Source: Candidatus Eiseniibacteriota bacterium (GTDB lineage: Bacteria > Eisenbacteria > RBG-16-71-46). Taken from it: a stretch of 64,000 nt of DNA. Every line of letters starts with the position of its first letter. The stretch's first letter is position 1. Location: assembly GCA_963707915.1 (NCBI GenBank), contig OY970178.1:896001-960000 (forward strand), written 5' to 3'. A model generated the notes under the pieces. The model was not told where the DNA came from, did not search any database, and worked only from the letters and a program-made list of their open reading frames with translations. The translations under genes were made by a program, and so were the position numbers. Shown in pieces: positions 20,161 to 27,794 of the stretch.

Positions 20161-20203
20161 CCAACCTCGGGATGCACGCCTGCACCCGCCACGCCCGGTC
20201 CCC

Positions 20204-21482
20204 GGTAGCGTCAAGAGTCATGTGTCAGGAGGAAGGGGGCTGAGGTTCCGGCCTTGTGGTTTTCGTAGGTGAAGACGGCGAACAGGATGCGCTCCATGGA
20301 GGTGCGGTCACTGAAGACCCCCATGGGGCGCGTTCTTCTGCGGACCTCGCGGAAGCGGCGTTCGATGGCGTTGGTGGTGCGGGTGGCCTGGCGCCAGGCG
20401 GAATCGTCGAAGGCGAAGAACGCCAGCAGGTCCTCGAGGTCCTGCTGCAGGCAGCGGACCGCGGCCGGGTAGCGGGTGTGCCAGCGGTCGACCAGGTGCC
20501 GGGCGGCCGCTCGTGCAGTGGTGCGGTTGACTGCGTGGCTGATGCGGTGCAGGTCGCGCTTGACCCGCTCGCGGTCGGTGTCTCGCACCTTGTCGAGGAT
20601 GTTGCGGGTCTTGTGGGCCCAGCAGCGGCCGACCCGGACCCGCGGGTAGACCAGCGGCAGCGCGGCGAGCAGACCGGCACCGCCATCGGTGGCGATCAGG
20701 GTGAGGCCCTCGCCGGTGAGCCCGCGGGCATAGAGATCGTTGAGGAACGCCTCCCAGGCCGGCTGGCTCTCGGCCGGGGCGAGGCGGAAGTCGAGGATCT
20801 CCTTCTTCCCGGCGAGCGTGATCCCGAGCGCCACCAGCACGGGCCGGCGCAACGCCCCGGCGCCGCTCTTGCGGGCCAGCACCACGCCATCGAGCAGCAC
20901 GGCCCGGTAACGGTTGGCGAGCGGGCGACGATGGAACGCGGCGGCCGCCTCATCCAGGCCCCGCGCCACCCGGCTCACCGTCGCCGGGCTGACCCGCTCG
21001 CCCAGCAGGGGCAGCAGCGCCTCGCCCACCTTGCGGGTCGAAAGCCCGAGGACGAAGCCGGCCAGGATCACCCGCTCGAGTTGGGGCACCCGCCGGGCAT
21101 AGCGGCCCAGCACGGCGACCGCGCTGTAGGTCCGGGAGCGTGGCACCTGCAACTCCAGGACGCCGACCTCATGCCACAGCCAGCGGCGGTAGCTGCCATT
21201 GCGGCGGTCAGCGACCCCGGCCGCGGCCAGTTCGGCGATCCGGTTGCCCACCAGGCCGTGCATCCGCTCCTCGATCACCCGCCGGACCGCGGCCTGGCTC
21301 GCCTGCCTCAGCTCGTTCCACTCCGGCGCCTGCACCGCCATCGACTTGAGCATCCGCACCGCCTGCTTCACACTGCGCACCGCAGCGACCTGCTGCATGG
21401 GGGTACCTCCTTGAGGTGGTTGGCCCTGCCTCTGTTGGAGTACCCCCTTCCTTGTCCCTGACACAAACACTGGTACATCACC
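20204..21482 (-). mobile_element. IS256-family insertion sequence (1279 bp) with 9-bp target duplication CCGGTCCCC
   Basis: Imperfect terminal IRs GGTAGCGTCAAGAGTCATGTGTCAGG and GGTGATGTACCAGTGTTTGTGTCAGG. CCGGTCCCC occurs at 20195-20203 and at 21483-21491. Confidence 0.93.
20211..21398 (-). CDS. IS256 (Mutator-family) DDE transposase
   Basis: AAGGAGG SD; RRNGSYRR, GLSTRKV, LLDG, ATDG, RCWAHKTRN, TTNAIERRFREVRRR. Confidence 0.95.
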   Translation of the reverse strand: MQQVAAVRSVKQAVRMLKSMAVQAPEWNELRQASQAAVRRVIEERMHGLVGNRIAELAAAGVADRRNGSYRRWLWHEVGVLELQVPRSRTYSAVAVLGRYARRVPQLERVILAGFVLGLSTRKVGEALLPLLGERVSPATVSRVARGLDEAAAAFHRRPLANRYRAVLLDGVVLARKSGAGALRRPVLVALGITLAGKKEILDFRLAPAESQPAWEAFLNDLYARGLTGEGLTLIATDGGAGLLAALPLVYPRVRVGRCWAHKTRNILDKVRDTDRERVKRDLHRISHAVNRTTARAAARHLVDRWHTRYPAAVRCLQQDLEDLLAFFAFDDSAWRQATRTTNAIERRFREVRRRTRPMGVFSDRTSMERILFAVFTYENHKAGTSAPFLLTHDS

Positions 21483-21555
21483 CCGGTCCCCCGCACCGTT
21501 GCAATCCCGCGCCAATGCGCACAGGATGGGGGCGCACGCCGGGGAGGGCTCGCAG

Positions 21556-22443
21556 TTGCAGCGTGACGCATGTCGTGGGATCTGGGTGCCGCTCGTGACC
21601 CCGTTCGTGGCGGACCGGCTCCAGCCGGACGCCGTGGCCCCGATGGTGGAGTGGTTGCTCGAACGCGGCATCGCAGGCTTCCTCGCGCTCGGCACCACGG
21701 GGGAGGCGCCGCACTGCAGCGATGACGAGTCCGTCGCGGTCGTGGACGCGGTGGTGCGCGCGGTGCGCGGGCGGGCGCCGGTGTTCGCGGGCAGCGGCCG
21801 GCCCGCGACCGCGGCGGCGATCGAGTGGACGCGCCGCATGGCCGGTGCGGGCGCCGACGCGGTGCTGGCCCTGACCCCGAACGCATACCGCGGCCGCATG
21901 GATGCCGCAGCCCTGGTCCGGCACTACCGCGGGCTGGCGGACGCGAGCCCGCTGCCCGTCTTCGTCTATCACATGCCGGACATGTCCGGCGTCGATCTCC
22001 CGGCCGGGACGCTGGTGGAGATCCTGGCGCACGAGAACCTCTGGGGCTTCAAGGACAGCTCGGCGGAGGGCGGGCCGCTGGCCGCCACGCTGGCGCGCGT
22101 GCCGACGCGCGGCTTCGTCGGCAGCGGCGCCCGCGTCGTCGAGGCGCTGGACGCCGGCGCCTGCGGCGCCATCCTGGCGGCGGCCCATGCGGCGCCCGAG
22201 GCCTGCGTGGCGCTCGAGGCCGCTTGGCGGGCGCACGACCGACCGCGCGCCGGTGCGCTGCAGGAGCAACTGCGCGGCCTGGTGGCGGCGTGGAAGGGCT
22301 GGGGGATCCCCGGGGTGAAGTACGCCGTGGCGGCACGCGGGCTGCCCGCGGGCGAGCCGCGCGCGCCGCTGCCGGCATGCCCCCCCGACGTGCGGGCGCG
22401 CATCGACGCGGCGCTCGCCGCGTTGGGCCATGCGCGGCCATGA
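21556..22443 (+). CDS. dihydrodipicolinate synthase/N-acetylneuraminate lyase family protein
   Basis: GIWVPLVTPF, LGTTGE, GADAVL, VYH, Schiff-base GFKDSS, PRAPL. TTG start with GGGGAGG SD. Confidence 0.88.
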   Translation: MQRDACRGIWVPLVTPFVADRLQPDAVAPMVEWLLERGIAGFLALGTTGEAPHCSDDESVAVVDAVVRAVRGRAPVFAGSGRPATAAAIEWTRRMAGAGADAVLALTPNAYRGRMDAAALVRHYRGLADASPLPVFVYHMPDMSGVDLPAGTLVEILAHENLWGFKDSSAEGGPLAATLARVPTRGFVGSGARVVEALDAGACGAILAAAHAAPEACVALEAAWRAHDRPRAGALQEQLRGLVAAWKGWGIPGVKYAVAARGLPAGEPRAPLPACPPDVRARIDAALAALGHARP

Positions 22444-22644
22444 GAGAGAGCGCGCCTGCGCCCTCCGGCCAGCGCGCTCTTGCTTGTTGGGCCGGTCCGT
22501 GCTGAGGTGGTGGCGGGTTCGCGCTCTTCCCGCACCAGACCGTGGGCACCTCCGACGCCCGCCCGTTGCCGTCCCGCAGCCCCGACCCGCTGCGCGGCCG
22601 CCGGAGCTTCCCAGCAGGCGGTGAATCGTCCCGCGGAGGCCGTC

Positions 22645-24312
22645 ATGCACAGGGCTGCTGCACTCTCGTTCGTGTGCCGGGGCATCTTCCTGCTCGTCCT
22701 GGGCTCCGGCTGCGCCGTGCGCTGCGCGACGGCGGCCGCGCTCGAAGGCTATTGCTGGCCGCTCTCGGCCGCGCCAGGCGACACGGTGGCCTTCATGGTG
22801 TCGAGCACCGCGACCTACCAGGTCACCTTCATGCGCTACCACCGGCTGAACGACGGCAACGTGGGCACGGCGCTGGCCACGCTGACGAACCTGCCCGCGG
22901 GCGTGCAGGCCGCGCCGGATTCCGGCTGGAAGGGCTGCAGCTGGGCCCCCAGCTTCCCGTTCGTCATCCCCGCCGACTGGACCTCGGGGATCTACGGGGC
23001 GGAGCTCTCCAGCCCGGGACTGACGACGTTCCGCATGTCGTTCGTCGTGAAGCCCTCCCCCAGCGCGCACGGGGACTTCGCGGTGCTCGCCAACACCAAC
23101 ACCTGGAGCGCCTACAACGACTGGGGCGGCCGGAGCAAGTACACCTCGACGCCCGGTCACGAGATCGGCTTCCTGCGGCCGAACCCCTACATCCACGCCA
23201 ACGGCGCGGGCGTGAACCACCTCACGCGGGCGGAGCTCTGGGTGCTGGACTGGCTGGCCTCGTGCGGATATGGCATCGATTCGTACTCCGACCTGGACTT
23301 GCACAACGGCATTCCCGGGCTCGACCTCTACAAGGGCCTCATCCTCCACACCCACCCGGAGTACTGGTCGGTCGAGATGATGGACCGGCTCGAGGGCTAC
23401 CTCGCCCAGGGCGGGTCCGTCCTCTACATCGGCGGCAACGGGATCTACGAGAAGGTCGTGTTCTCCTCCGACGGGACCCAGCTGACGTTCTTCCCCGAGT
23501 ACTGGAACGGCACGCGCGAGGCGCGCCGCCGCTCGTACTTCCGCAATCTCGACCCGCCGCGCCCCGAGCGCGCCGTGCTCGGCGTCGCCTACCGCTCGGA
23601 CGGCTACCAGACCTGGGCGCCGTTCCAGGTGCTCGACGCCGGCCACCGGTTCTTCGCGGGCACCGGCGTGTCGGACGGGAGCCTCATCGGCGCGTCGGGG
23701 CTGAACGGCGGCGGCGCGAGCGGCTGGGAGATGGACACCTCGATCCCGGGGCTCGCGGCGGACGGCGTCATCGTCGCGGCCTTCGGCAGTGACGACCGCG
23801 GCAGCCCGCCGGCGAACATCGCGCTGCTCGCGCGGGGGACGAACGCCGGCGGGTACGGAGCCGACATGACCTACTACCGGCACCCGGGCGGCGGCGGCGT
23901 GTTCGCGGCGGGCTCGCTGAGTTTCGGCGGCAGCCTGGTGATCGACCCGGTGCTCCAGCAGGTGGTCCGCAACGTGCTTGACGAGTTCCTCGATCCGCTC
24001 TCGGCGGTCGCCCCCGGCGTCCCGGGCAGCGTGAAGGCACCGGCCATCGAGATGGTCCGGCCCAATCCGTTCACCGCGAGCACCGCGTTCCGTTGCCGGC
24101 TCCCGCGCCCGGGCCGGGTGAGCCTGCGCGTGTTCGACGTCACCGGACGCGCGGTGCGCACGCTGGTCGACGAGATGCGGCCCGCGCAGGTCATGGAGAC
24201 GAGCTGGGACGGGCGCGACGACGCGGGCCGGATCGTGAGCGGCGGCATCTACCTGCTCCGGCTCAGGACCGGCGATCTCGACGAGAGCCGGAGGCTCCTG
24301 CGATTGAGGTAG
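22645..24312 (+). CDS. secreted N,N-dimethylformamidase beta-subunit-like protein with C-terminal FlgD-Ig/T9SS-like domain
   Basis: Signal peptide; IPADWTSGIY, NTWSAYNDWGG, HPEYWS, YIGGNG, GWEMD; tail PNPF...VFDVTGRAVRTL...WDGRDDAG...GIYLLRL. Confidence 0.8.
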   Translation: MHRAAALSFVCRGIFLLVLGSGCAVRCATAAALEGYCWPLSAAPGDTVAFMVSSTATYQVTFMRYHRLNDGNVGTALATLTNLPAGVQAAPDSGWKGCSWAPSFPFVIPADWTSGIYGAELSSPGLTTFRMSFVVKPSPSAHGDFAVLANTNTWSAYNDWGGRSKYTSTPGHEIGFLRPNPYIHANGAGVNHLTRAELWVLDWLASCGYGIDSYSDLDLHNGIPGLDLYKGLILHTHPEYWSVEMMDRLEGYLAQGGSVLYIGGNGIYEKVVFSSDGTQLTFFPEYWNGTREARRRSYFRNLDPPRPERAVLGVAYRSDGYQTWAPFQVLDAGHRFFAGTGVSDGSLIGASGLNGGGASGWEMDTSIPGLAADGVIVAAFGSDDRGSPPANIALLARGTNAGGYGADMTYYRHPGGGGVFAAGSLSFGGSLVIDPVLQQVVRNVLDEFLDPLSAVAPGVPGSVKAPAIEMVRPNPFTASTAFRCRLPRPGRVSLRVFDVTGRAVRTLVDEMRPAQVMETSWDGRDDAGRIVSGGIYLLRLRTGDLDESRRLLRLR

Positions 24313-24337
24313 CGCCCGACCCGGTCCGGGCGCGTCC

Positions 24338-25870
24338 CTAGAAGAAGCTCTTCCGGCGACGCGACGGCGTGCCGAGCAACGCCCCCATCAGGCCGCGCAT
24401 GACCTGCGTGGTCGCCCGCCCGGCGATCGTCTTGACCAGCGGCGACGAGAGCACGCCGCCGATCGCCGAGGGCTCGGGCCGCGCCGCCCGCCTGCCCGGT
24501 GCGGCCGCATCGGCCGCGGGAGCCGCGGACGCCGCGCGGGCGTCCAGCAGCTCGCGGGCGCTCTCCCGGTCGATCGCCTGCGCGTAGTGCTTCACCTGCT
24601 GCGAGGCCGACAGGCGCTGCGCCATCTCGTCGTCGGCGAGCGGCCCCATGCGCGACGCGGGCGGCACCATGCGCACCGCGAACGGCGGCGTGGGCACGCC
24701 GTTCGGCGCCAGCACGGTGACCAGCGCCTCGCCGGTGCCGAGCGTCGTGAGCGTCTCCTCGATCACGTAGAACGCGGTCTTCGGGAAGGTGCGCGCCGCG
24801 GCCCGCAGCGCCTGCGCGTCGTCGGGGGTGAACGCCCGCAGCGCGTGCTGCACCCGGTTGCCGAGCTGCCCCAGGACCTCCTCCGGGATGTCCTTCGGGC
24901 TCTGCGTGACGAAGAAGATGCCGACGCCCTTCGAGCGCACGAGGCGCACCACTTGCTGCACCTCCTGCAGGAACTCCCTGCTCGCGCCGTCGAACAGCAG
25001 GTGCGCCTCGTCGAAGAAGAAGACGAGCTTCGGCTGGTCGAGATCGCCGACCTCGGGCAGGTCGTGGTAGAGATGGGCGAGCATCCACATCATGAACGTG
25101 GAGAACAGCGCCGGCCGCTCCTGCACGTCGCCCAGCTCGAGCACGCTCACCAGGCCCCGGCCGTCGCGCTCCACCTGCAGCAGGTCGTCGATGGCGAACT
25201 CGGGCTCGCCGAAGAACGCGCCGGCGCCCTGCTGCTCCAGCTCGACCATCTCGCGCAGCAGCACGCCCACGGTCTGCTTCGACATGCCGCCGTAGTCCTT
25301 GAGCTGCTGCGCCCCCTGGTCGGACAGGTACTGCAGCACCGAGCGCAGGTCGGAGAAGTCGAGCAGCAGCAGCTTCTGGTCGTCGCAGTACTTGAACACC
25401 ATGGCCAGCACGCTCGACTGGGTCTCGTTGAGCCCGAGCACCCTGGCCAGCAGCAGCGGCCCGAACGACGACACGGTCGCGCGCAACTGCGCGCCCTTGC
25501 GGCCCGTGAGACTCAGGAACTCGACCGGGAACGGCGCCGCGCTCCAGGCATGGCCGGTGTCCTTGGCCCGCTGGAGGACCTTGTCGTTGCCCTCCCCGGC
25601 CGCGCCGATGCCCGACACGTCGCCCTTGATGTCGGCGAGAAACACCGCCACGCCCTGCGCCGAGAGCTGCTCCGCCATGAGCTGCAGGGTCTTCGTCTTG
25701 CCGGTGCCCGTCGCACCCGCGATGAGACCGTGACGGTTCATCATCGCGATCGGGATGCGGACGAGCGGCTCCGGATGGCACTCGCCCGCGTGGACCACTG
25801 CCCCCAGCGTGATGGTCTTGCCCTTCGCGGGGAACGCGCCGCGGGCGGCTTCGAGAACCTTTGGGTCCAT
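24338..25870 (-). CDS. DUF853/YjgR HerA-like P-loop ATPase
   Basis: NRHGLIAGATGTGKTKT, DIKGD, LPEVGDLDQPKLVFFFDEAHLLF, RSKGVG, QLGNRVQHALRAFTP. Confidence 0.93.
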   Translation of the reverse strand: MDPKVLEAARGAFPAKGKTITLGAVVHAGECHPEPLVRIPIAMMNRHGLIAGATGTGKTKTLQLMAEQLSAQGVAVFLADIKGDVSGIGAAGEGNDKVLQRAKDTGHAWSAAPFPVEFLSLTGRKGAQLRATVSSFGPLLLARVLGLNETQSSVLAMVFKYCDDQKLLLLDFSDLRSVLQYLSDQGAQQLKDYGGMSKQTVGVLLREMVELEQQGAGAFFGEPEFAIDDLLQVERDGRGLVSVLELGDVQERPALFSTFMMWMLAHLYHDLPEVGDLDQPKLVFFFDEAHLLFDGASREFLQEVQQVVRLVRSKGVGIFFVTQSPKDIPEEVLGQLGNRVQHALRAFTPDDAQALRAAARTFPKTAFYVIEETLTTLGTGEALVTVLAPNGVPTPPFAVRMVPPASRMGPLADDEMAQRLSASQQVKHYAQAIDRESARELLDARAASAAPAADAAAPGRRAARPEPSAIGGVLSSPLVKTIAGRATTQVMRGLMGALLGTPSRRRKSFF

Positions 25871-26097
25871 GTCGATCGACCTCCGGGTGGACGTCCGGTT
25901 CCATGCTAGCCACCTCCCCACCCTCGCGCAACGGCCGCCCCCGGCGGCGCGCCCACGACCGGCCTGCGTCGGAGCGCGGGCGTCCGGCGGCCATTGGCCA
26001 CGGGCGGCGCGGCCGCCTAGAGTCGGGTCGGACTCGCCCGTCGCGGCCCCGGCCTCCTGCCGGCCCGGTGGCGGGGTCCCCGGGAGAACGCGGAGCC

Positions 26098-26328
26098 ATG
26101 ACCGATCGGCAGCCCAACAACCCCCTGCACGGGGTCACGCTCGAGATGATGCTGCGTCAGATGGTGGACCGCTTCGGCTGGGACGGCCTGGCGAGGGACG
26201 TCCCGATCCGCTGCTTCCTCGTGGATCCGACCATGACTTCGGCGCTCAAGTACCTGCGCAAGGCGCCGCGCGCGCGCCAGAAGGTCGAGGAGACCTACGC
26301 GCGCTTCGTGGCCGGCCGCGCGCGCTGA
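26098..26328 (+). CDS. VF530/DUF2132 family small DNA-binding protein
   Basis: QPNNPLHGVTLE...GWDGL...IRCF..DP...SALKYLRK...AR.KVE. Confidence 0.88.
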   Translation: MTDRQPNNPLHGVTLEMMLRQMVDRFGWDGLARDVPIRCFLVDPTMTSALKYLRKAPRARQKVEETYARFVAGRAR

Positions 26329-27494
26329 CCGCGCGGCGTCGCGCCGGCCGGGCGGTCGACCGCCTCCGCCGGGATCACCTGGCCTTCGCGCAGGCGCACG
26401 CGGCGCATGACGATGCCCAGTTCGCGCTGGTAGCGGCCGACCAGGCGCACCTCCGGCTCGGTCAGCAGGGTGACCGCCTGCCCCTTCGCGCCCGCGCGCC
26501 CGGTGCGACCGACCCGGTGCAGGTAGGCCTGGCTCAGCGTCGGCACGTCGAGATTGAGGACGTGGGTCACGCCCGGGAGGTCGAGCCCGCGCGCGGCCAC
26601 GTCCGAGGCGACCATCACGCGCACGCGGCCGCTGCGGAAGTCGTCCATCGCCTGCTTGCGGTCGAGCTTCCGCGCGGTGGCGTGCAGCTCCACCGCCGGG
26701 ATCCGGTGATGGGCGAGCTGCGCGGCGACCCGGTCGGCGGTCGCCGCCTGGTGCGCGAAGACCAGGGCGCGCTCGGGGCGGAGCGCGTGCAGCAGCTTGC
26801 GCAGCAGTTCCGGCTTGTCGCGCTCCTGGCACACCAGGTAGAGGTGCTCGATGTCCTGGTTCACGGGCGTGGCCCCGGTCCGCAGGACCGTCAGCCCGGG
26901 CGCGAGCGCCGCGAGCGCGGCCGTGCACTCCGTCCGCTCCGTGGCCGACGCGAAGACCAGTTGGCGCCCGCCCGGCGCCGCCTGGAGCACGGCCTGCACG
27001 TCGGGCAGGCTCTCGGCGTCCATCAGGCGGTCGACCTCGTCGAGCACCACGCAGCCGATCGCCTGGGTCTTCAGCTTGCCCATCGCGACCAGGGCGCGGA
27101 TGCGGCCCGGCGAGCCCACCACGACGTGCGGTCGGGCCTTGAGCTTGTCGAGCTGGCGCTCCATCGAGGTCCCGCCGATGAGCAGCAGCGTGCGGATCGG
27201 CCGGCCGGCGTGCTGCGCGAGCTCGCAGCATTCCCGCTGGATCTGGATGGCCAGCTCGTGGGTGGGCGCCAGCACCACGACCTGCGTGGCCGCGACGCCG
27301 GTGTCGAGCCGCGCGAAGAGCGGCAGCAGGTAGGCCAGCGTCTTGCCGGTGCCGGTCTCGGAGTTGAGGTAGACGTCGCTGCCCCGCAGCAGCAGCGGCA
27401 GCGCCGCGATCTGGATCGCGGTGGGTTCGGTGATGTGCCGCTTCGCGAGAGCCGCGATCAGATCGGCGGGGACGTCGAGTTCCGCGAAGGTCAT
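26295..27494 (-). CDS. DEAD-box RNA helicase
   Basis: Q motif PTAIQ, TGTGKT, PTHELA, DEVD, SAT, DVAARGLD, HRVGRTGR. Confidence 0.95.
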   Translation of the reverse strand: MTFAELDVPADLIAALAKRHITEPTAIQIAALPLLLRGSDVYLNSETGTGKTLAYLLPLFARLDTGVAATQVVVLAPTHELAIQIQRECCELAQHAGRPIRTLLLIGGTSMERQLDKLKARPHVVVGSPGRIRALVAMGKLKTQAIGCVVLDEVDRLMDAESLPDVQAVLQAAPGGRQLVFASATERTECTAALAALAPGLTVLRTGATPVNQDIEHLYLVCQERDKPELLRKLLHALRPERALVFAHQAATADRVAAQLAHHRIPAVELHATARKLDRKQAMDDFRSGRVRVMVASDVAARGLDLPGVTHVLNLDVPTLSQAYLHRVGRTGRAGAKGQAVTLLTEPEVRLVGRYQRELGIVMRRVRLREGQVIPAEAVDRPAGATPRGQRARPATKRA

Positions 27495-27794
27495 GGAGGT
27501 GCCCGGTTGGAGGACGCGTAGCGCGGCAGGTCGGCAGCGTACTCCAAAGCAGCGGCGACTGCGTCACGGCCTGCGCCGACGCCGCGCGCGGCCGGCCCCT
27601 CCAGTGGCCCGGCGCCGCCTTTCGGGGCACCGGCCGGGACGCGGGCGCATCCCAACAGCGGGACGTCGCGACCGCAGACCTCCCCGATGGTCGCGACCCC
27701 GAATCGCAGGAGGGCAGCCTCGAACCACCCCGTGGTCACCCCGCCCCTTCCCGCTGTCGCCGGTTCCCGTTGGACACGGAGGCTCGACCCCCTC

